Below are positions 18,961-26,899 of a stretch of DNA of 35,920 nucleotides, piece after piece; position 1 is the first letter of the stretch, and each line of letters starts with the position of its first letter. The notes below the pieces were generated by a model. The model saw only the letters and a program-made list of their open reading frames with translations. It searched no databases and was not told the origin of the DNA. Both the position numbers and the translations under genes were made by a program. Source of the DNA: Candidatus Latescibacterota bacterium (GTDB taxonomy: Bacteria; Latescibacterota; UBA2968); the NCBI GenBank assembly GCA_038279365.1, contig JAYODI010000027.1, positions 1 to 35,920 on the forward strand, written 5' to 3'.

Positions 18961-19284
18961 TCAATTGTCGGCGTTTGTCTCTTCCTGATTCAAGGCATCG
19001 AGGCGCGATAACATCACCTCAATTTTGTTTTGTATCTCAACTTTATTGTTAATCAATGCCGCATTTTCATCGTAAACTTGTTGCAACCGATCGCGATCAG
19101 ATCGAGAAGCAACAAGTTCGTTTTCTAAACGGGTCACCTCAGACTGTAAAGCTTGACGCTGCTGCGTTAACTCTGCATTGTCACGACGCAATCGCTCAAT
19201 AAGCCCAACTGCACGATCTATTTCAGCGACCAGCCGATCAACCCCTTCATGCACGTCGCCATCCACCTGCGTTTCGGCGTCCAT
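18961..19284 (-). CDS. Coiled-coil protein, ZapB-like
   Basis: Heptad-rich coiled coil ending 'IQNKIEVMLSRLDAL'; immediately upstream of zapA; GAGGAG SD. Confidence 0.7.
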   Translation of the reverse strand: MDAETQVDGDVHEGVDRLVAEIDRAVGLIERLRRDNAELTQQRQALQSEVTRLENELVASRSDRDRLQQVYDENAALINNKVEIQNKIEVMLSRLDALNQEETNADN

Positions 19285-19341
19285 CTTATCTCCTCACAAA
19301 ATATATCTAAACAAGCTTAAAATTGCTTCTTGGTATCAAGC

Positions 19342-19370
19342 AATTTAACATCTTAACCATCGAAAGTCAA
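19342..19370 (-). promoter_or_regulatory. Putative sigma70 promoter of the zapB-like/zapA/rny unit
   Basis: TTGACT, 17 nt spacer, TGnTAAATT extended -10. Confidence 0.6.
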
Positions 19371-19406
19371 GCCCACCCAAAGATGCGTAAATATATAAAA
19401 AAATAA

Positions 19407-19485
19407 CTGCAAGCGTGCAAAGATGCAGAAGGGCAGATGAGAAAACGCCTCACCCTTGCGCCCTTGCGCCCTTGCGCCCTTGCAG
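19407..19485. repeat. Octamer tandem repeat (CCCTTGCG)x3-4 with a degenerate inverted partner
   Basis: CCCTTGCG x3 plus CCCTTGCA at 19453-19484; TGCAAGCG/TGCAAAGA/TGCAGAAGGG upstream. Confidence 0.8.
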
Positions 19486-19548
19486 CTAAAGTTTTTTACT
19501 CAATTTGGGCAGCTAAAACAAAGTGACTGTTGTCACTTGTAACAACAA

Positions 19549-19902
19549 TTAACTGTTTTGTTTGACTTTTTCAGCCAAAACAGCAAATGCATCGGCATCA
19601 GTTACGGCCAAATTGGCGAGAACTTTGCGATTCATTTCAATGCCAGCTTTGTTCAATCCATCCATAAAACAGCTATAAGACAAGCCGTGTAAGCGAGCTG
19701 CTGCATTGATGCGCACAATCCAAAGGGAGCGGAAATTACGCTTCTTTTGGCGACGGTCGCGATAGGCATATGTTAAAGCGCGGTCAACTGCGCTACTGGC
19801 TGTGCGCAAAAGCTTACTACGCCCACCGCGATAGCCTTTGGCTTGTTTTAAAATCTTTTTGCGCCTGCGTTTTGACGCAGGATTATTGGTTGCTCTTGGC
19901 AT
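19549..19902 (-). CDS. rplT: 50S ribosomal protein L20
   Basis: '[15 protein letters not shown]', '[26 protein letters not shown]', 'NRKVLANLA'. Confidence 0.98.
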   Translation of the reverse strand: MPRATNNPASKRRRKKILKQAKGYRGGRSKLLRTASSAVDRALTYAYRDRRQKKRNFRSLWIVRINAAARLHGLSYSCFMDGLNKAGIEMNRKVLANLAVTDADAFAVLAEKVKQNS

Positions 19903-19982
19903 GACAAAATCTCCAAATCATGAAACAAGAATCACCAAACGAAACTTGTTTCGTGATTCTCAAGATATTTTTTACGATTTAA

Positions 19983-20177
19983 TTAAGACGACAGCATCCG
20001 ACTGACACGCCCCATATCGGCAGAACTTACTTCTGCAGCCAGGTGCAAATCACTTTTCCGTTTGCTCGTTTTTTTGGCCAAATTGTGACCAGCGGTGGCT
20101 TGCTTACGTGCAATTTTACCAGAACTGCGCTTTTTAAAACGCTTTTTGGCACCACTGTGTGTTTTCATTTTGGGCAC
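19983..20177 (-). CDS. rpmI: 50S ribosomal protein L35
   Basis: 'MPKMKTHSGAKKRFK'; GTG start with AAGGAG SD. Confidence 0.97.
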   Translation of the reverse strand: MPKMKTHSGAKKRFKKRSSGKIARKQATAGHNLAKKTSKRKSDLHLAAEVSSADMGRVSRMLSS

Positions 20178-20226
20178 GAAATGCTCCTTTCACAACAATA
20201 AACTGCTTTTATCTACACTAAAATAT

Positions 20227-20775
20227 TTAATTTTGAGACTTTGGCGCCACAATAATAAAAATGTTGCGCCCTTCGTCACGAGCAGGTGTTTCTATTTGAC
20301 CCACCTCTTGCAAATCTGTTTCAACACGCTTTAACAAATCGCGGCCCATATCGCGATGTGCGTTTTCACGGCCACGAAACTCAACGGCAATGCGCACTTT
20401 GTGACGCTGGGTTAAGAATTTTTCGGCGTGCCTCATTTTAAACTGATAGTCATGGTCGCTAATGCGCACACGCATCCGAATTTCTTTGAGTTGCGAGGTG
20501 TGCTGCCGCCCTTTTTTGGCTTTTTTGCTTTGCTCATACTGATATTTGCCATAGTCCATAATACGGCAAACAGGGGGCCGCCCATTCGGTGCAACTTCTA
20601 CAAGATCCAATTCGGCGGCTTCTGCCATTTCTATGGCTTTAGACGTTTCAACAACGCCAAGTTGCTCACCTTGTTGATCGATAAGCCGAATTTGAGGAAT
20701 GCGAATTTGGCGGTTGATACGTGGTCCCATTTCCCGCCGAGGAGTACTGGTATTACCTCTTGAACCTCTATTGAT
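20227..20775 (-). CDS. infC: Translation initiation factor IF-3 (probable AUC start at 20775)
   Basis: 'RINRQIRIPQIRLID', 'DLVEVAP', 'PPVCRIMDYGKY', 'FRGRE'; GGAGGTG lies 5 nt before an in-frame ATC. Confidence 0.96.
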   Translation of the reverse strand: MNRGSRGNTSTPRREMGPRINRQIRIPQIRLIDQQGEQLGVVETSKAIEMAEAAELDLVEVAPNGRPPVCRIMDYGKYQYEQSKKAKKGRQHTSQLKEIRMRVRISDHDYQFKMRHAEKFLTQRHKVRIAVEFRGRENAHRDMGRDLLKRVETDLQEVGQIETPARDEGRNIFIIVAPKSQN

Positions 20776-20808
20776 ACGATCACCTCCGAGAGAGATTTTA
20801 AGACGACC

Positions 20809-22752
20809 CTAAATGTGTGGCGTAATAAGGGATAGTTGTTTGTTTTCGACTTCACCTTGAATTCGGGAAATCAAATCAGTTACACGCAAAGCACCCAAAT
20901 CGCCTTCTCCGTGTCGGCGCACCGACACAGTGGCGCTCTCCACTTCCTTACCGCCCACAATCAACATATAGGGCACTTTTTGTACTTCTGCTTCTCGAAT
21001 CTTATAGCCTAATTTTGCGTCTTGATCATCGACTTCGACTCGAATGCCTGCTGCTTTTAAAAGACCAGCCACTTCTTTGGCATAATCGACATAAGGGTCA
21101 GACACTGGCAAGATGGCCACTTGAACAGGGGCCAACCAGACGGGGAAATTACCCGCATAATGCTCGATCAAAACACCAAAAAAGCGTTCCATAGACCCTA
21201 ACAAAGCACGATGCACCATATAGGGGCGATGGTATTTCCCATCTTGTCCGACAAAACTCAAATCAAAACGCTCGGGCAAGTTAAAATCAAACTGAATGGT
21301 TGAACATTGCCACTCTCGGCCTAAAGCATCTTTAATTTTGACATCAATTTTAGGGCCATAAAACGCACCGCCACCGTCATCGACACCATAAGACAAATTT
21401 TGCGCTTCAACAGCTTCGGTCAAAGCGGCAGTGGCCATATCCCAATCTTGTGGATCACCCACATATTTATCAGGACGTGTTGAAATATCAATTTGAAAAT
21501 CTTCAAAACCAAAAGACCGCAAAATAAACAATGTAAAGTCAATTACTTGTTTAATTTCGTGATCCACCTGATCGGGGCGACAAAAGATATGTGCATCATC
21601 TTGCGTAAACCCACGCACACGCATCAAACCGTGCAAAACCCCCGCGCGTTCATAGCGATAAACCGTGCCCATTTCGGCCCATCGAAAAGGCAAATCGCGA
21701 TAACTGCGCAAACTGCTCTTATAAATCATACTGTGAAACGGACAATTCATGGGTTTGGCAAAATATTCTTGCCCATCCACGTCCATCGAAGAATACATAT
21801 TCTCCCGATAGAAATCCAAATGCCCACTTGTTTCCCACAGTGTAGATCGGCCAATATGAGGCGAGCCAACAATATCATAATCACCTTGATAGTGTGTGCG
21901 ACGCCAAAAATCTTCTATTTCTGCCCGAATCCGCATGCCCTTGGGATGCCACAACACCAGCCCAGGACCAACATTTTCGTTTACAGAAAAAAGATCCAAC
22001 TGCGTACCTAATGTGCGATGGTCACGCCGTTTGGCTTCTTCGATCAAGTCTAAGTAGGCTTGTAGTTCTTTTTTGTCGGGAAAAGAGATGCCATAGATGC
22101 GTTGCAACATCTTATTCTTTTCATCACCGCGCCAATAGGCACCCGAAGAACTCAACAACTTGATGGACTTGATACGCCCCGTAGACGGCATATGTGGCCC
22201 ACGACATAAATCGAACCACTTATCGGCATTTTTGTAAATGCTGACCGTTTCATCTTCGGCAATGGCGTCTAAAAGCTCCAACTTATATGACTCGCCCAAG
22301 TCGCCAAACCTTTTGGCCGCTTCATCACGTGAGACTTCTTCACGAACAAAAGGTTGATCTTCATTGGCAATTTCCAACATACGCCCTTCAATTTTTTCTA
22401 ACTCTTCGGGCGTAAAGGGGCGTTCAACATCAAAATCGTAATAAAACCCATTTTCAATGGGAGGACCAATGGTCACTTTGGCACCGGGAAACAAATCTTG
22501 TACTGCTTGTGCCATCACATGCGCGGTACTGTGCCAATACACTTCTTTGCCATCGTCGCTGGAAAAGGTCAAAATTTCCAAAGCGACATCATCTTGGATG
22601 GCATAATTTAAATCGACAGGTTTGCCATTCACTTTACCTGCCAGTGCGGCACGTGCCAAACCCGTGCCAATAGACTCGGCAATTTGGAGCACCGTGGTGC
22701 CAGCATCGACTTCTTTTTGTGATCCGTCGGGCAGTGTAATTTTAATGGACAT
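20809..22752 (-). CDS. thrS: Threonine--tRNA ligase
   Basis: TGS domain 'IKITLPDGS', editing 'HSTAH', 'DLCRGPH', 'RDHRTLG', 'KPMNCP', 'GAFYGPKID', 'HRALLGSMERF'. Confidence 0.99.
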   Translation of the reverse strand: MSIKITLPDGSQKEVDAGTTVLQIAESIGTGLARAALAGKVNGKPVDLNYAIQDDVALEILTFSSDDGKEVYWHSTAHVMAQAVQDLFPGAKVTIGPPIENGFYYDFDVERPFTPEELEKIEGRMLEIANEDQPFVREEVSRDEAAKRFGDLGESYKLELLDAIAEDETVSIYKNADKWFDLCRGPHMPSTGRIKSIKLLSSSGAYWRGDEKNKMLQRIYGISFPDKKELQAYLDLIEEAKRRDHRTLGTQLDLFSVNENVGPGLVLWHPKGMRIRAEIEDFWRRTHYQGDYDIVGSPHIGRSTLWETSGHLDFYRENMYSSMDVDGQEYFAKPMNCPFHSMIYKSSLRSYRDLPFRWAEMGTVYRYERAGVLHGLMRVRGFTQDDAHIFCRPDQVDHEIKQVIDFTLFILRSFGFEDFQIDISTRPDKYVGDPQDWDMATAALTEAVEAQNLSYGVDDGGGAFYGPKIDVKIKDALGREWQCSTIQFDFNLPERFDLSFVGQDGKYHRPYMVHRALLGSMERFFGVLIEHYAGNFPVWLAPVQVAILPVSDPYVDYAKEVAGLLKAAGIRVEVDDQDAKLGYKIREAEVQKVPYMLIVGGKEVESATVSVRRHGEGDLGALRVTDLISRIQGEVENKQLSLITPHI

Positions 22753-22761
22753 AAAAGCAAA

Positions 22762-22785
22762 AACGCGCAAATACGAATGCGCGCT
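22762..22785 (-). promoter_or_regulatory. thrS operator-like hairpin mimicking the tRNA-Thr anticodon arm
   Basis: mRNA AGCGCGCA-UUCGUAUU-UGCGCGUU, CGU in the loop, ending about 10 nt before the thrS AUG. Confidence 0.65.
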
Positions 22786-22881
22786 GGAAAATTAAAAACG
22801 GGAATTTCCTATGATCTTTTTCCCAGCAGGCGCTCCGTCGGCAAATGGGTTTAAATGCAACAAAAACCGTAGAGTCCGATA

Positions 22882-22910
22882 AATCTATAATAGCACCATA
22901 GGGATGTCAA
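22882..22910 (-). promoter_or_regulatory. Putative sigma70 promoter of thrS
   Basis: TTGACA, 17 nt spacer, TAGATT on the minus strand. Confidence 0.65.
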
Positions 22911-22990
22911 GCGAAAACTCTATTTTTCACTTCGCGCAACCTCATGTAAAAAAACAACCTATCGGCAGATAAATCAGGCGATTGTAAACC

Positions 22991-23773
22991 TTAAGCAGAT
23001 AACACATAATAAGACTCTCGTGGTAAAGGAATGGCCTGCATCTGCAAGTGTAAATCATTGGCCAATTGTTCAACAACGCCATCGTAATGCGCGACCATAC
23101 CCTTGTTGTAACCACCAATAGATTGAGAAGGAAAAGAAACCACAATATGTGGCACCCGAAGCGCTTTCAAAATGGCCAAACTGGCTCCTTTTTCCTGTTG
23201 TTCCAAACAAGGCAATGCCTTAAATAAAAAAACCACGTCTGCGTTCCAATTGGGCACAGACACCAACAAATCGCTACAAACAGAAATGCCATTAAATTTC
23301 ATATTTTCAAAGAACTTACCAATACAATTTGCCAATCCCATATCAATATCACAGGCCATATATGCATCAATGGCCCCCATCCAGGGCAATGTAAAGGGAT
23401 TCAGACCACAAGCCAAATCCATCACCCGTTTGGGTTGCCCAGTAACAGACCAAATGGCATCAAAAACGGTTTCCAGATCATCAACACGTTCTGCCGTAGA
23501 AACATGCGTGCGCAATATTTGCTCGCATATCGGTTTGGGGTCTTGGTCATCTACCTGCTCAACCAACGCCAAAATCTGATCCGCATTCACCTGCCCCACA
23601 TAAGCGCCATAAACCTGATGTAACTTCCGTTTGGCCGCTTTGGTCGCCACCTTGAGAGATGAATTTTGCGCCAATGCCCACTGTGCCATGCGCCCCAGTG
23701 TTTCATCACACAAATCGCGATATTTTCGGCTATGCCTCAATTGCGCAATAATTTTGGCTTCGTTCTCTGACAT
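22991..23773 (-). CDS. ArmA/Rmt/Sgm (FmrO) family 16S rRNA (guanine-1405-N7)-methyltransferase homolog
   Basis: 'KRKLHQVYGAY', 'HVSTAER', SAM-binding 'DLACGLNP', 'DID', 'FKALPCLEQQ', 'VVSFPSQSIGG...GM...Y'. Confidence 0.88.
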   Translation of the reverse strand: MSENEAKIIAQLRHSRKYRDLCDETLGRMAQWALAQNSSLKVATKAAKRKLHQVYGAYVGQVNADQILALVEQVDDQDPKPICEQILRTHVSTAERVDDLETVFDAIWSVTGQPKRVMDLACGLNPFTLPWMGAIDAYMACDIDMGLANCIGKFFENMKFNGISVCSDLLVSVPNWNADVVFLFKALPCLEQQEKGASLAILKALRVPHIVVSFPSQSIGGYNKGMVAHYDGVVEQLANDLHLQMQAIPLPRESYYVLSA

Positions 23774-23775
23774 TT

Positions 23776-24879
23776 TTACAACCCCAGAGACCGATTTTCG
23801 GTGCTTTCCAACCTCTGACGACTCAAAATAGACAATTGCGCCATCATTCTGGCATAAAACCGCACGTTGTGAATGGTGGCCAACCGAAAAGCCAATGTGT
23901 CGTTAATTTTAAACAGATGGTGCAAATAGGCGCGGGAATAGTTTTGACAACACAAACAATCACAAGTTGGATCGACTGGTTCCGAATCGCGCCCATGCCG
24001 TTCGTCGTCTACATAAAGATACCGATAAAAATCGGCATCTAAATTCACACGATCAGGGGCATCGTGAAACACATATAATCGCTTTTGTCTGGCATCTCGT
24101 GTGGGAAGCGTACAATCGAAGGTGTCATATCCCAAACGAAAAGCACGCACCACATTTTCTAACTTGCCAATTCCCAACGCATGTTTGGGCACATCATTGG
24201 GCAACAATTCGGCCACCCAAGCAACCGCCTCCACCAAAGCCCCATCATCAGCAATGGGCCAGCCACCAAATCCAAACCCATCAAAACCAATTTCAAGCAT
24301 TTGGGCCACACACTGCTTGCGCAAATCGAAATCCATGCCCCCTTGTATCACACCAAACAACTTTGTTCCATCTCGATTCCTTCTGCGATCAAACTCATCA
24401 CGGCATTGTTGGGCCCACGCCACCGTATGTTTCACACTTAACTGTTGTTCTTCCACACTTGCATTGGGGTGCGTGCAATGATCGAGACAAAACATCACAT
24501 CGGCCCCTATATGAAACTGTTTTTGGATGCACTTTTCTGGTGTCAATGTTTGTTTTTTGCCATTATCCAACCGATAAACAAAACCTTTTTTAGAAATAGA
24601 ACCCGACTTTGGGTTCTCTGCAATCAACGAAAAGACCTGAAAACCACCCGAATCAGACATCACAGGTTTGTGCCACCCCATAAATGCATGAATTCCCCCC
24701 ATTTGTTTCACCACTGTCGTACCAGGATGAGAAGAAAGGTGTAGGGCATTCACCATCATCGCCTCTATGCCACAGGCAGCCACATCACTGGCATCTAAGG
24801 CGCGAATCACACCACGGGTGCCATCAGGTAAAAATGCGGGACATTGCAATGTTCCATGTGCGGTTTGGATCGTTTTCAT
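23776..24879 (-). CDS. tgt: tRNA-guanine transglycosylase family protein (atypical pocket)
   Basis: 'DSGGFQVFSL', 'LDHCT', 'GVIQGG', 'ALGIG', 'FDCTLPTRDAR', Zn site 'CDCLCC...IHN'. Confidence 0.88.
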   Translation of the reverse strand: MKTIQTAHGTLQCPAFLPDGTRGVIRALDASDVAACGIEAMMVNALHLSSHPGTTVVKQMGGIHAFMGWHKPVMSDSGGFQVFSLIAENPKSGSISKKGFVYRLDNGKKQTLTPEKCIQKQFHIGADVMFCLDHCTHPNASVEEQQLSVKHTVAWAQQCRDEFDRRRNRDGTKLFGVIQGGMDFDLRKQCVAQMLEIGFDGFGFGGWPIADDGALVEAVAWVAELLPNDVPKHALGIGKLENVVRAFRLGYDTFDCTLPTRDARQKRLYVFHDAPDRVNLDADFYRYLYVDDERHGRDSEPVDPTCDCLCCQNYSRAYLHHLFKINDTLAFRLATIHNVRFYARMMAQLSILSRQRLESTENRSLGL

Positions 24880-25890
24880 TTACGCTTCATCCAAGCCCAA
24901 ACCAGTCAAATCGGCCATGCGCCCCTCTTGCTCGGCTTCGTATAATCGCCAAATCACACGCAACCCTTGCAAACTTCCTTGCCCATCGGTTAAGGGCTGT
25001 TGGCCAGTTTCAATACAATCTAAAAAATGAGCCATTTCATTTTCGGTGTGTTTGCCCGACTCAGACTCCAACAGCAGTGTTTCTTCACCCCGATGAATAT
25101 GTATCAATTTGCTGCCTGTAATATCGGCCTCTATTAACCCTTCTGTGCAATGCGCATGAATGGCATATCGCAAACGAGACCCTCGAGCGCCCCACGTGCC
25201 AAAATGATACCCCAACCGCCCCTGCTCAAATTCAATGGTCACATTGCTGGTACCTTCACGTTCCATCCACGGTGTGCCCAAATTGGTGCCCATATGAATC
25301 CCTTTAACAGGGCGCCCCAAAAACCACAACAACAAGTCAACATAATGGCACCCATGGCTAAACAATTGCCCGCCGCCCAAACGCTCTTTGCTTGATGCCC
25401 AGTGATCTGAGGGATAACGCGTTAGCTGCTCCGTCCAAATAGACACCTGAAACACATCGCCATATTTTTTTTCATCCAATAATTCCTTCATCTTCACCAC
25501 CAAAGGATGAAACCGCATACAATAAGCAATCATTAACACGCGTTTTTTGGCATTGGCCAACTGAATCAATTCTTTGCAAGCCACTTCATAATTGGCCATA
25601 GGCTTTTCCAACAACACATGTTTGCCCGCTTCCAAACATGCTTGTGCAACCGAAAAATGCAAATGATGTGGCAACACCAACAAAACGGCCTCCACGTCAT
25701 CCAAAACATCATGAAAATCTGTGGCAACTTTAATACCCGGAAATTGCACAGCCACCGATTCGGCCCTTTCAAGCACCACATCGACAGCAGCAACCAACTC
25801 GACCCGATCACTTAGGGTTTGAAAGCGCCGCATGTGTGTGCCTCCCATACCCCCACATCCCACAATTGCCAATTTGACCTTATTACTCAT
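24880..25890 (-). CDS. Gfo/Idh/MocA family NAD(P)-dependent oxidoreductase
   Basis: 'AIVGCGGMG', 'LPHHLH', 'AGKHVLLEKPMA', 'GGGQLFSHGCHYVD'. Confidence 0.92.
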   Translation of the reverse strand: MSNKVKLAIVGCGGMGGTHMRRFQTLSDRVELVAAVDVVLERAESVAVQFPGIKVATDFHDVLDDVEAVLLVLPHHLHFSVAQACLEAGKHVLLEKPMANYEVACKELIQLANAKKRVLMIAYCMRFHPLVVKMKELLDEKKYGDVFQVSIWTEQLTRYPSDHWASSKERLGGGQLFSHGCHYVDLLLWFLGRPVKGIHMGTNLGTPWMEREGTSNVTIEFEQGRLGYHFGTWGARGSRLRYAIHAHCTEGLIEADITGSKLIHIHRGEETLLLESESGKHTENEMAHFLDCIETGQQPLTDGQGSLQGLRVIWRLYEAEQEGRMADLTGLGLDEA

Positions 25891-26000
25891 AAAAAACCCC
25901 TTATGGTTTTTTAAAAAGTCCCATAGATGAACAATGAGACCGTTTTAGACAGATAGACCTGAAAAAGCCAATGAAACTACGACACAAACACAGGCATTTT

Positions 26001-26651
26001 TTACGGCAAATGCAACACCTTGTGGATCCGACACGACAACCGCCAGGTGGGATGACGCGATAAAATTTCCAATGCCTTATGCGTGTATTCTGGGCTGCTG
26101 GACTCGGGTTGTAAAAAAACCACATCGGCACGATCTTCGTCTACCATATCTTCTCGAAACATCTTGCCCACAACATACTTTAATTCGGTAATATACGTCA
26201 ACCCATCAGCAATCTCTTTGCGCTTGGGTGATACCGTCCAATGTTCAATCAAATTATACAGCTCAGGATCGGGGTCCACGGTGCCATTGGTCTCTATATG
26301 CAAATGATATCCCGCCTCATGCAATGCCTCACACAAAGGTGTGATATTTTGCCCCAACGGCTCCCCCCCCGTTAAACACACCCACTGTGCCGAATGGCGT
26401 TGAACTTCTGCAACAACCTGTGCAATGGCCATTTCTTCATAGGTGTCAAACTCTGTATCGCAAAAAAAGCAACGCAAATTGCACTTAGACAACCGCACAA
26501 ATGTGGTCGGTTGCCCCACGCGCAGGCCTTCTCCTTCAAGCGAATAAAAAATCTCATTAACCTGCAAAACAGACCCATCTTCACGCCAAATAGGCAAACG
26601 GTCTTTGGGTGCTGGGGGAATCAGTTGCAAAATATTAAAATCGTCTGACAA
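26001..26651 (-). CDS. queE: 7-carboxy-7-deazaguanine synthase-like radical SAM enzyme
   Basis: 'VNEIFYSLEGEG', 'FVRLSKCNLRCFFCDT', 'LTGGEP', 'IETNG', 'VSPK', 'FLQP', 'WRLS..HK'; TTG start with AGGAG SD. Confidence 0.88.
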   Translation of the reverse strand: MSDDFNILQLIPPAPKDRLPIWREDGSVLQVNEIFYSLEGEGLRVGQPTTFVRLSKCNLRCFFCDTEFDTYEEMAIAQVVAEVQRHSAQWVCLTGGEPLGQNITPLCEALHEAGYHLHIETNGTVDPDPELYNLIEHWTVSPKRKEIADGLTYITELKYVVGKMFREDMVDEDRADVVFLQPESSSPEYTHKALEILSRHPTWRLSCRIHKVLHLP

Positions 26652-26673
26652 TGTTTGCTCCTAAAAAGCGGTA

Positions 26674-26766
26674 AAATGGCAAATGGCAGATGGCAAACGT
26701 GAAGCCACCATCAAATTTGAGAGAAGAACCAACCTTTTGCCGTTTCACATTTGCCGTTTGCCTGCT
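26674..26766. repeat. Inverted heptamer array (AAATGGC)n ... (GCCGTTT)n
   Basis: AAATGGC AAATGGC AGATGGC AAACGTG, a spacer, then GCCGTTT CACATTT GCCGTTT GCCTGCT. Confidence 0.75.
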
Positions 26767-26899
26767 CTATATGCCCCTAATATATCGCTCAAGCCACATC
26801 TTTGCAACCACACACCCAAAGCACTTGACAACTTCTCCAGACATCCAGATCATGACGCTATGTTAAATAGGACCCATTATTTGTTCACAAGGAGTTGCA

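Noticed and set aside
22753-22990. T-box riboswitch before thrS
   Set aside because: Predicted leader is only about 120 nt, with no UGGNACC T-box motif and no terminator.
23776-24879. DpdA-type DNA deazaguanine modification system
   Set aside because: The protein keeps tRNA-TGT features (DSGGFQ, C-terminal Zn site) and no dpdB/dpdC or restriction genes are adjacent.
25891-26899. preQ1 riboswitch around queE
   Set aside because: No class I pattern (short stem with GUUC loop plus A-rich tail) recognisable before queE or the oxidoreductase.
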